Shown here one piece after another: positions 28,294-36,428 of a stretch of DNA of 64,000 nt. Every line of letters starts with the position of its first letter. The stretch's first letter is position 1. Source of the stretch: Candidatus Moraniibacteriota bacterium (GTDB lineage: Bacteria > Patescibacteriota > Minisyncoccia > Moranbacterales > UBA1568); the NCBI GenBank assembly GCA_052034935.1, contig JBPOIB010000009.1, forward strand, positions 2,357 through 66,356, read 5' to 3'. A program made the translations under genes and the position numbers. The notes under the pieces are model-generated. The model did no database searches, was not told the DNA's origin, and worked only from the letters and a program-made list of their open reading frames with translations.

Positions 28294-28685
28294 TGAGCGT
28301 GAAGATCAAGGAAGGAGTTTGCTCTCGATTGGAGCAAGACGTTCGGCCGGCAGTTGCGGTGTTTCCCATCGTGGCACGTGGCGTGTTTGGTCCATCGCCA
28401 GGGGAGGTGCTGGAAAATACGAAGGGGAAGGTGGGCCACTTCTACTACCTCTTCATGCTGGTTCAGTACGTCTTCGCCCTGTTTTTCTACTGGCTTGTTC
28501 CGGAGAACATGGACCCGCCAATCAGAGACTTCCTCATCACGCATCTCGGATACGACACAGGAAATTGGCTTGCTGGGGCTTTGCTTTTGATGCTATGTGC
28601 CGAACTTGTAATTGCAGTCAGTCTTCGTGTGCTCCTGTTCCCGGTTGGTTCGAATGGCAAGGCAGATTGGCGATGGAAGAGGTGA
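28290..28685 (+). CDS. hypothetical 2-TM membrane protein (131 aa), translationally coupled to upstream ORF
   Basis: ATGA overlap with upstream stop, SD GAGGAGGG; two hydrophobic helices. Confidence 0.4.
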   Translation: MMSVKIKEGVCSRLEQDVRPAVAVFPIVARGVFGPSPGEVLENTKGKVGHFYYLFMLVQYVFALFFYWLVPENMDPPIRDFLITHLGYDTGNWLAGALLLMLCAELVIAVSLRVLLFPVGSNGKADWRWKR

Positions 28686-28693
28686 GGTCCGTT

Positions 28694-28735
28694 AAAAAAG
28701 CGTCGTAGGAAATCCTGCGACGCTTCTTCTTTTTG
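28694..28735. terminator. bidirectional intrinsic terminator
   Basis: A-run, GCGTCG/CGACGC stem with 12-nt loop, then TTCTTCTTTTT; between convergent genes. Confidence 0.6.
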
Positions 28736-28748
28736 ATTTGCGCTTTGC

Positions 28749-29468
28749 TTAGCCGAGATTGTCCCAGACGCGTTGGACATCTGGGTGATCGTCGAGCGTC
28801 TCCATGAGTTTTTCGAGCGCGGGACGATCGATGTCGCTCAGGGTTGCGGTCTGAACGGGAACATAGCCGAGACTTGCATTTTCGGCCGTCAGATTTTTCG
28901 AACGGAAGTACTCCTCGACCGCTTGGAGTTTGTCGACGGCGGTGACGACAACGAAAACTTCGTCCGTCGTGAAGAAATCATCGGCACCGGATTCGAGGAC
29001 TTCAAGCTCAAGCGTCTCGGCCGAATTCCTTTCGAGCGAAAAAGTGATGAGTCCCGCGCGGCGGAACATAAAGCTGACGGATCCAGTGGGGACAAACTTT
29101 CCACCACCTTTGGTGAGAATAGACTTCACTTCGCTGACCGTCCGGTTCTTGTTATCGGTCGCCGTCTCGATGAGAAGAGCAACTTGGCCAGGGCCATAGG
29201 CTTCGTAGGTGAGTTCCTCGATCTTGTTCTCATCCTTCAGCTCACCGGTGCCGCGCTTGATGGCTCGTTCGATATTATCTTTCGGCATGTTGAGCGCCCG
29301 CGCTTCCGAGATAGCAATCTTCAAAAGATAGTTGGCATCGGGATTGCCGCCGCCGCGGTTCGCCGCGAGGATGATGTTACGTCCGGCTTTGGTGAAGATG
29401 GCAGCGCGCTTGGCATCGTTGACGCCTTTGGCACGATGGGTGGTAGCCCAGTGGGAGTGTCCGGACAT
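28749..29468 (-). CDS. yebC: YebC/PmpR-family DNA-binding regulator
   Basis: MSGHSHWATTHRAKGVNDAKRAAIFTK... YebC signature. Confidence 0.85.
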   Translation of the reverse strand: MSGHSHWATTHRAKGVNDAKRAAIFTKAGRNIILAANRGGGNPDANYLLKIAISEARALNMPKDNIERAIKRGTGELKDENKIEELTYEAYGPGQVALLIETATDNKNRTVSEVKSILTKGGGKFVPTGSVSFMFRRAGLITFSLERNSAETLELEVLESGADDFFTTDEVFVVVTAVDKLQAVEEYFRSKNLTAENASLGYVPVQTATLSDIDRPALEKLMETLDDHPDVQRVWDNLG

Positions 29469-29576
29469 AGAACGGGGGAATAGTGGTTAATGTATAGATG
29501 ATAGCAAACAGCAGAGGAAAGAAAAAAGCGAGGTTCTGCCTCACTTTCTTATCACATCTCGCAGGAAAAAGGAACT

Positions 29577-30170
29577 CTAGGTGCTTTCCACTTTTCGGCC
29601 GGTACGAGAAGCTTCGACGATGCGGTTGATCTCGTCGTCACGCTCGGTCCGGAGGCGTTCCATGATGACGTCTTTCACGTGGTATGGATCCGGCACACGG
29701 CGGAAGAGAAAAAAATCTTCTTCGGAAGCGGTTTGCACCTTTACATCGCCGAAGTTGAGAATGGTCGGGAGCATGCCGCTCACTTCCGAAGTCACATCCT
29801 GGATGCGCGAGAATTTCAGCTCGCTGACCGAACGGACGAAAAGCCCCTTCTGTTCGATGTTCACGACGCGCTCATTGGTGATAATCCAGACATCGAAGAA
29901 GTAGTCGATCCAGACGAGGAAAGCGTAGAGCCAGAGCATGAGAATGATTGAACTGTTGATGAAAGTGACGAACTGCTCACCTTCTGATCCGAGCCAATCA
30001 GGGAACATTATCGGCATGATTGAGAAGCTGCCAAACAAGACAGCGAGGAAGAGGATGATGACAAAGAAATGGGTCGCAATATCGAACCAGTGCCGGTGAA
30101 CGATGCGCAGCACGACTTCGCTCTCGCGTTGTCCCTGGAAATGGTACCGGCTGAAATCGTGTTTCTGCAT
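29577..30170 (-). CDS. membrane protein with bacterial PH (bPH_2/YdbS-like) domain
   Basis: two N-terminal TM helices then PH-like region. Confidence 0.45.
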   Translation of the reverse strand: MQKHDFSRYHFQGQRESEVVLRIVHRHWFDIATHFFVIILFLAVLFGSFSIMPIMFPDWLGSEGEQFVTFINSSIILMLWLYAFLVWIDYFFDVWIITNERVVNIEQKGLFVRSVSELKFSRIQDVTSEVSGMLPTILNFGDVKVQTASEEDFFLFRRVPDPYHVKDVIMERLRTERDDEINRIVEASRTGRKVEST

Positions 30171-30173
30171 ACG

Positions 30174-30395
30174 CTAGAGCTGAATGGGAAGGAGGAGGGA
30201 GTCAACAGGGAGGGTAAGGAAAAGCATGCTATTCGAGAAAAGGAGGATCGAAGTCACGACGACGAAGAGGATAGTCATGCCGGTCGCAAGACGGCGATTG
30301 ATGGCATAGCGCGAGAGATGAAACATGATAAACAGGCTCGCGATGACAATGCCAGCGAAGAAAACGAGATAGGCGACACCAAAAAAAAGCTGCAT
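30174..30395 (-). CDS. small 2-TM membrane protein
   Basis: 73 aa highly hydrophobic; 4-nt gap to upstream gene. Confidence 0.3.
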   Translation of the reverse strand: MQLFFGVAYLVFFAGIVIASLFIMFHLSRYAINRRLATGMTILFVVVTSILLFSNSMLFLTLPVDSLLLPIQL

Positions 30396-30441
30396 GCGTT
30401 TTTATTTTTGATTGACTTCAGTATATCACTGCAACCGAAGA

Positions 30442-31473
30442 CTAGAGGAGCTTTTCTTCGAGTCCGAATGGTGGCTTTAGCCCAAGATGACGATAGCCTT
30501 CGGGTGTGACGATACGACCACGCGGTGTTCTCGCGAGAAATCCGATTTGGATGAGGTAGGGTTCAATCACATCTTCGATGGTGTGCATTTCTTCGCTCGT
30601 AATGGCGGCGATTGCCTGGAGTCCGGCCGGTCCGCCCTTGAACTTGTCGATGATAGTTTGGAGCACGACTCGGTCCGCTGGCTCGAGGCCGAGCTTGTCG
30701 ACTTCGAAAAGCGCGAGCGCCTTGTTCGCGACATCCTGGGTAATAATGCCGTTGTGATGAACTTCAGCATAGTCGCGGACACGCTTCAGGATACGGTTGG
30801 CGACACGGGGCGTCCGTCGGCTCGCCCCCGCGATTTCCTGAGCGCCGAGTTCGTCGAGCGTGACACCAAGGATTCCGGCTGAACGTTGAACGATGGTCTG
30901 AATTTCGTCAGCGGTATAGAACTCGAGCCGGTGGATAGAGCCGAAGCGATTGCGGAGGGGATTAGTGAGAGCACCGAGCCGCGTCGTCGCGCCAATGAGT
31001 GTGAAGCGAGGCAGGTCGAGCTGGATGGTGCGTGCAGCTGGCCCCTTACCGATGATGATATCGAGTTTGTAGTCCTCCATCGCCGGGTAGAGCACTTCCT
31101 CAATCGATTTGTTCAAACGGTGGATTTCGTCGATGAAGAGCACATCGCCCGGCTCGAGGTTAGTGAGGATGCTGCCGAGATCACCGACACGTTCGATGGC
31201 CGGTCCGCTTGTCACTTTGATACCGGCACCCATCTCGCGCGCGATGATGTGAGCGAGTGTTGTCTTGCCGAGACCGGCTGGTCCATAAAGGAGGACATGG
31301 TCGATTGCTTCACCGCGCTGTTTTGCTGCCTGGATGAAGATTTCGAGGTTTCGTTTCGCCTTTTCTTGACCGATGTATTCGGCAAAAGCTTTCGGCCGAA
31401 GGGTATTTTCGATGACGACATCTTCCTCGTTGTGTTCGGTAGTGGTGAGCATATTTTGCTTTTGTAGAGCCAC
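30442..31473 (-). CDS. ruvB: Holliday junction branch migration ATPase RuvB
   Basis: [15 protein letters not shown] Walker A, RuvB N/C domains; ORF start is GTG 31473, alternative ATG at 31452. Confidence 0.9.
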   Translation of the reverse strand: MALQKQNMLTTTEHNEEDVVIENTLRPKAFAEYIGQEKAKRNLEIFIQAAKQRGEAIDHVLLYGPAGLGKTTLAHIIAREMGAGIKVTSGPAIERVGDLGSILTNLEPGDVLFIDEIHRLNKSIEEVLYPAMEDYKLDIIIGKGPAARTIQLDLPRFTLIGATTRLGALTNPLRNRFGSIHRLEFYTADEIQTIVQRSAGILGVTLDELGAQEIAGASRRTPRVANRILKRVRDYAEVHHNGIITQDVANKALALFEVDKLGLEPADRVVLQTIIDKFKGGPAGLQAIAAITSEEMHTIEDVIEPYLIQIGFLARTPRGRIVTPEGYRHLGLKPPFGLEEKLL

Positions 31474-31611
31474 GTTGTCTCGCTCTTATGCGTGTATTTT
31501 AACACGCTTCTTGCATCAAATATAGGTAGTTTTTTTAGTCATTTCATGTCCTTTGATGAGCTCAAAAGGTAGATGCTAGTAAAAAAGCTTTAGATAAGCC
31601 ATTATAGAGAG

Positions 31612-31640
31612 TTGACAATGATTTCTCGTTGTGCTATCCT
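31612..31640 (+). promoter_or_regulatory. sigma70-like promoter TTGACA-17 nt-TATCCT
   Basis: TTGACA 31612-31617, 17-nt spacer, TATCCT 31635-31640. Confidence 0.45.
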
Positions 31641-31647
31641 ATTTCTT

Positions 31648-31899
31648 CGAAACAAATAGCAAAAAACCAGTTTCGGCCCAGCGAGTGCCGATTTTATTTC
31701 TCCTGAAGTTCCTTCGAAAATTCCTCACATGTAGACAATCTCGAGAGTCCTATCTTTTCTCTTGAGACTCGGAGAGGTCTATGCTTCGGCATAAAGTCAA
31801 GATCGGGTAGGGTGGTTCCGGCTGCGCTATACCTCGACACTTCTCCATTCCCTGGGCTCCCATGCCTAGGGCCTTGTCTACAGGTGAGGGATTTTTTGT
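31648..31899 (+). ncRNA. candidate structured small RNA or structured leader
   Basis: 16-bp long-range helix (31723-31738 with 31874-31889, 15/16 pairs) enclosing ~135 nt, including a UUCG-tetraloop hairpin (31780-31793), followed by U-run GAUUUUUUG 31890-31899; promoter upstream. Confidence 0.3.
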
Positions 31900-31943
31900 A
31901 TCTTTTACAACCAACGCGCACATGCGCAGAAAGTGAGTGAATC

Positions 31944-32291
31944 ATGAATGGACAACCAGTTACCCTTTTGGCGTGGTACCGAAACCATGCCCTGCCGCAA
32001 GGCGAGGATCTCTGCTTCTCCCTTGAGTTGGCGGGAGATCCGAAGGTGGTGGCAGCCCAGATTGCCGATATGCATGCGAGCGGTACGACACTGAGCAGCG
32101 ATGTTTCGGTGGTACTTCTCGGTCAGGTCTTCCTGCCGAAAGAAGTTGCGCTCATGAACCAGCTCATCGCCCTCGGCGACATGGTTCTTGACGAGCAGGA
32201 CCGCTCCATCAACCCCATCCGCGACCTCTTCCAGACTTTGATGGAGAGGGGCGCCGAAATTGCGCTCCGCCATCAGGCCGCCGGCCGCTGA
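31944..32291 (+). CDS. hypothetical protein (115 aa); strand assignment uncertain
   Basis: protein-like ORF but a comparably long antisense ORF (31905-32273) exists; no strong SD. Confidence 0.3.
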   Translation: MNGQPVTLLAWYRNHALPQGEDLCFSLELAGDPKVVAAQIADMHASGTTLSSDVSVVLLGQVFLPKEVALMNQLIALGDMVLDEQDRSINPIRDLFQTLMERGAEIALRHQAAGR

Positions 32292-32354
32292 ATTCTCATC
32301 AATCCACCAAAAGGTGGCCGATCTTCCCCGGTAGCGGAAGGAGGAGAACTTTCA

Positions 32355-32468
32355 ATGAAACGGAAGAGAAAGAAACCTGAAACCAGGAAGGCTCGGCTCC
32401 GGCGTCTCGGCCCCCGCTACTACTCACGACTCACCGTGAAGTGCTGGGGCTTCTGTGTCCTCTGGTGA
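32355..32468 (+). CDS. putative small basic peptide (37 aa)
   Basis: strong SD GGAAGGAGGAG 8 nt upstream of ATG; sequence MKRKRKKPETRKARLRRLGPRYYSRLTVKCWGFCVLW; followed by terminator. Confidence 0.2.
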   Translation: MKRKRKKPETRKARLRRLGPRYYSRLTVKCWGFCVLW

Positions 32469-32483
32469 ATGGAGGTTCCCCGC

Positions 32484-32530
32484 AAAAGAAAGCCCGGATG
32501 GTCTCGCAACCATCCGGGCTCAAATTTTTT
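32484..32530. terminator. bidirectional intrinsic terminator
   Basis: 10-bp stem GCCCGGATGG/CCATCCGGGC, 8-nt loop, flanked by A-run and T-run. Confidence 0.75.
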
Positions 32531-32548
32531 ATACGAATTGTTTCCCTC

Positions 32549-34366
32549 CTATGCACGAGGTGGTTCGGCCGGGCCGTCAGTGGTTTCTTCCTGAACGGTT
32601 GCCTCTCCGACACCGCCTGCATTTTCATCATCAAGCTCCTTGTCGTCGAAGGTCGCGTAGAGCTCGGCGAGACTATCTTCTTTGCCCGATGCACTCCAGA
32701 CCTCATCCATCGTCGTGTAGCCCTCGAGCACTTTGATGAGTCCATCCTGAGCCATGGTAAGCATACCCTCTTTGACCGCACAGTCGAAGATTTCTTTCTC
32801 AGTCGCCATCTCACCAATCAGATCACGCACGGTTTGAGTCATTGTGAGGACTTCGAAGATACCCTTGCGTCCATGATAGCCGCTGAAGTTGCACTCGATG
32901 CAGCCTTTCGGCCGATAGAGAACCTCGATTTTCGGAAACCTCTTCGCTTTTGCTGCTTCCGGAATCATAGCGAGCAATTTCTGGATGGCTACGACTGTGC
33001 TCTCAGCCGGGAGGTATGGTTCTTTGCAGTGTTCACAGAGGATACGTACCAGACGCTGCGCGATGATGGTGTTCATCGCTGAAGCGATGAGTGATGGTTT
33101 CACACCGAGCTCGAGGAGCCGCGAGACCGTTGCGACGGCGTTATTCGTGTGCAGGGTTGAGAGGACAAGATGGCCGGTCAGCGATGCGGATACGGCGACA
33201 TCCGCCGTCTCATCATCGCGGATTTCGCCGACGAGGACGACATCGGGATCTTGCCGAACAATAGCCCGTAAGGCGGCCGCGAAAGTGTAGTTACGGTCTT
33301 TGGAGACTTCAGTCTGGACGATGCCCGCGAGATTGTATTCGATTGGATCTTCGACCGTAATAACTTTGATTGATGGATTGTTAATTTTGTTGATGAGGCT
33401 GTAGAGCGTCGTCGTTTTTCCGGATCCGGTCGGACCGGTGTTCAGGATCATGCCGTTCGGACGCTCAATCGCTTTCTGAACTTCTTCAAAAGCTTTTCCG
33501 TAGATGCCGAGATTCGTCATATCGACATTGACGTCCTCGCTATTCAGGAGACGCATGTTGATGTTCTCGCCGTGGTTTCCGGGAATGAGCGAAATACGGA
33601 TATCGATGCGGCTGTCGCCGTTCTCTATTGAGAAATGCCCATCCTGCGCTCGATCGCGGACATTGATGCGCATACCACCGAGCATCTTGATACGTGAGAG
33701 AGCGAGCTGATACATATGCTGCGGCAAGTCTCCGATGTCCTGGAGTAGTCCGTCGATGCGGTAACGAAGTCTCGCGGTTTTCTCACCCGGCTCGATATGC
33801 ACATCACTCCCGCGCATCTTTGACGCACCGGCAAGAATGATCTCGATGATTTGTGAGGTAGAGACGGTGTTGTCGTCTTTGCCAAGGGCCAAGAGATCGC
33901 CGAAATTCTTTTCGAAGTGTTCGAGATCGTCGCCTTTGAGCGAGACGCGGAGAATATCGAGACTTTCGAGGAGCGGCTTGTTTGAGTAACTCGCCCAGAC
34001 CTTCTCGAGGGACTGGCGTGACACGACCGAAAGTGTCATCCGCCAGGCGTTCTTATTCGAGAGCTTCTGAAGGTAGTCGAGCGCTTCAGGATCCTCTGGA
34101 TTCTCGAGGCCGACGTAGACGTGGGCGCCGTTCTTTCGGAAGAGCGCGCAGTGAAACCGCTCAGCATCTTCTTTCGGCAGCAGTGCGACATCTTTCGGAT
34201 CAGCTGGAAAGAGATGGAGATCGAGGTAGGGGAGTCCGAGCTTCTCGCCGAGAGCATGGGCGCGGTCTTCCATGGACTGTTCGCGGAGCTTCTTCAACGT
34301 ATCTTCGGCTCGCTGGGTTTTTTCGTTGACGGCCGTCGGGATGATGCGCCTGCTGACTTTGGGCAT
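32549..34366 (-). CDS. type II/IV secretion-system ATPase (GspE/PilB family) with N-terminal T2SSE_N domain
   Basis: Walker A GPTGSGKTTTLYS; Asp box, His box; N-terminal GspE_N-like region; 605 aa. Confidence 0.85.
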   Translation of the reverse strand: MPKVSRRIIPTAVNEKTQRAEDTLKKLREQSMEDRAHALGEKLGLPYLDLHLFPADPKDVALLPKEDAERFHCALFRKNGAHVYVGLENPEDPEALDYLQKLSNKNAWRMTLSVVSRQSLEKVWASYSNKPLLESLDILRVSLKGDDLEHFEKNFGDLLALGKDDNTVSTSQIIEIILAGASKMRGSDVHIEPGEKTARLRYRIDGLLQDIGDLPQHMYQLALSRIKMLGGMRINVRDRAQDGHFSIENGDSRIDIRISLIPGNHGENINMRLLNSEDVNVDMTNLGIYGKAFEEVQKAIERPNGMILNTGPTGSGKTTTLYSLINKINNPSIKVITVEDPIEYNLAGIVQTEVSKDRNYTFAAALRAIVRQDPDVVLVGEIRDDETADVAVSASLTGHLVLSTLHTNNAVATVSRLLELGVKPSLIASAMNTIIAQRLVRILCEHCKEPYLPAESTVVAIQKLLAMIPEAAKAKRFPKIEVLYRPKGCIECNFSGYHGRKGIFEVLTMTQTVRDLIGEMATEKEIFDCAVKEGMLTMAQDGLIKVLEGYTTMDEVWSASGKEDSLAELYATFDDKELDDENAGGVGEATVQEETTDGPAEPPRA

Positions 34367-34438
34367 AGGAAAAATAAGAAAAGTTCACCCTCATTCTAGC
34401 ATCACTGCACCATCTCTGTAGACACTCGGTTTGTTTCT

Positions 34439-34471
34439 CTAAAAATAAAAAACCGCAGCCGTCGCTGCGGG
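34439..34471 (-). terminator. intrinsic terminator downstream of DHH phosphoesterase gene
   Basis: CCGCAG/CTGCGG stem; on minus strand followed by UUUUUUAUUUUU. Confidence 0.65.
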
Positions 34472-34501
34472 GTATTTGCCATTGGGAGCGGTCGTTCTCT
34501 T

Positions 34502-35647
34502 TTATGCTGGCAGGCTTGCAAGCCAGTTTCGGACGATTCGTTCAGCGGTATCGAGGTCGCTGGCCGAGAGACTGCCTTCCAGCATGTCGCCCGTAATTCG
34601 GCCGTTGGTAAAGACAGCGAGGAGCTGCTCGAGGTGTTCGTCCTGCTGGGCCTTCAGAAAAAGTCGGACAGAACCAGCGCTTTCTTTGAAGAAAAGGGCG
34701 AAGACGGTGGCGCCGGCATAGTTGCTACGGATCTTGTCGAGTACGGTCGGGAGATCTTCAGTCTTCGAATGCGATTCAACGAGGTCTTCGATCGTGACCG
34801 GCGCCCACATGAACTTGAGCGTATCATCAGAGCGGATATTGCCCATGACGCGACCCCACAGCTTTAGAATATGGAGCGGTTGGGTCTTGTAGAGATTCTT
34901 CACGATTTTCTGCTGGTCGGCACCGTGTCCCATGAGAGCGGAGGCGAGCTGGAGCGTCCTTGGGGTAGTGTTCTTCTTCTGGAACGATTCAGTCGCGGAC
35001 ATGATGCCTGCCAGGAGCGCCTCGGCAATGGTGGTGTCGATGAATTCTTTACCAGTGGTTTCGATGAAGTGAGCAATGATCTCGGCCGATGATGAGGCGG
35101 TGACATCGATGAGATTGAGCTGGCCGTACTGTTCATTGTTCGAGTGGTGGTCGATATTAATGATCGGCACCTCGTAAAAAATATCCGGATTAACTTCGTA
35201 CAGCTTACCGAGGCTTTCCTTATCTGGCGCATCGATTGCAAGCACACAGTCAAACTTGTATTTGGCGAGGATAAAAGAAAAATCACGCGGATCAATCGTC
35301 CCATGTTCTGGTGTGAGATGGATGCGAAGCTCGTTGTTGAGCCGCTCGGTCCGGACATCGAGAATATGGTTGTGCTCGGTATTGAATGAGAGAACAAAGT
35401 CCCGCGCACCGGAAATAGCCGAAACGACAGCGATGGTTTCGGGTTGAGGAAGGAATGGAAGCTCTCCAAGGCGTTCTTCGATCCGATCAGCAGCCAATGT
35501 TGGTTTTTTCCCGAGGGCAACCAAGAAATGTGCGAGCGCTAAGCCCGCGGCGAGTGTATCGCGACCGGGGAGCGGCGGCAGGAGGATGAGCGGATGTTCG
35601 GCGGGCTTTAGAAGCTCGAGGAATTGCGCTTCTTTTGTGAGCGACAT
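34502..35647 (-). CDS. DHH-family phosphoesterase (NrnA-like oligoribonuclease/pAp phosphatase)
   Basis: DHH motif NIDHHSNN, DHHA1-like C-terminus; ORF-track start 35740 is TTG, first ATG 35647. Confidence 0.7.
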   Translation of the reverse strand: MSLTKEAQFLELLKPAEHPLILLPPLPGRDTLAAGLALAHFLVALGKKPTLAADRIEERLGELPFLPQPETIAVVSAISGARDFVLSFNTEHNHILDVRTERLNNELRIHLTPEHGTIDPRDFSFILAKYKFDCVLAIDAPDKESLGKLYEVNPDIFYEVPIINIDHHSNNEQYGQLNLIDVTASSSAEIIAHFIETTGKEFIDTTIAEALLAGIMSATESFQKKNTTPRTLQLASALMGHGADQQKIVKNLYKTQPLHILKLWGRVMGNIRSDDTLKFMWAPVTIEDLVESHSKTEDLPTVLDKIRSNYAGATVFALFFKESAGSVRLFLKAQQDEHLEQLLAVFTNGRITGDMLEGSLSASDLDTAERIVRNWLASLPA

Positions 35648-35978
35648 AAGGGAGGAGACAACTGAAAAGAGAGTAGAGATAAGGAATGTCGGAAACCAGG
35701 ATGTCTTCGAGAGGAAGAGAGGATAGACTAACAGAGCCAAGAGAGGGCGTCAAACCATGTTACAGATGAAAAATACATGAAAGAAACCCTTCCTATCTGT
35801 AGTCTCGAAGGCCTTGTTTTATACTAAGTGCCCTCGTTTGGAGCCGGTTTGTAACATGATCAAACCCTGCTTCTCAATCGAGAGAAAGGTGATTGGAACC
35901 GTTCTCTTGGTAAGTTCCCGCCCAGTACGACCTCTCCTCAAAGGGGTTTATTTCCGCTAAAATAAAGGAAACTTTCGT

Positions 35979-36416
35979 ATGACTACCATAATTACTCACT
36001 CCAAAGAAGCGACTCAAGAATGGGGAAAAATCCTGGCGAAAAAGCTTCGGCCGGGCGTGGCTCTTACCCTTAAGGGGGACCTTGGAGCGGGGAAGACGAC
36101 TCTCGTTCAGGGTCTACTCGAGGGTCTTGGTGCTACGGCACCCTACCCATCTCCGACATTTGTTCTCATGAATCAATATGATTTGCCGCAGCCGACAACG
36201 GCCGGTATCTGGCGCGTATATCATGCTGATGCCTACCGTGTCGGCCGGGATGATTTCGAAAAACTGGGTTTTCTCGAGTGGTGTGCTGATCCAGCGGGCC
36301 TCGTGATTCTTGAGTGGCCGGAACGGCTCGGCGATCTCGTGCCGGAAAAACGCATCGAAATCAGTATCCGTTCGCTTTCAGAAACTGAACGCGAACTCAC
36401 CGCGACCGAACATTAA
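35979..36416 (+). CDS. tsaE: tRNA threonylcarbamoyladenosine biosynthesis protein TsaE
   Basis: P-loop GDLGAGKTTLVQGL; 145 aa. Confidence 0.8.
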   Translation: MTTIITHSKEATQEWGKILAKKLRPGVALTLKGDLGAGKTTLVQGLLEGLGATAPYPSPTFVLMNQYDLPQPTTAGIWRVYHADAYRVGRDDFEKLGFLEWCADPAGLVILEWPERLGDLVPEKRIEISIRSLSETERELTATEH

Positions 36417-36428
36417 TCCAGCAATATT

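Noticed and set aside
31648-31899. RNase P RNA, tmRNA or SRP RNA identity for the structured region
   Set aside because: The conserved motifs are absent: P4 AGGAAAGUCCGGGCUCC, the tmRNA tRNA-like 3' end, and the SRP GGAAGCAGCC motif.
31905-32273. Minus-strand 122-aa ORF antisense to hypothetical ORF 31944-32291
   Set aside because: It cannot be distinguished from the plus-strand ORF by sequence alone. The plus ORF is reported with low confidence instead.
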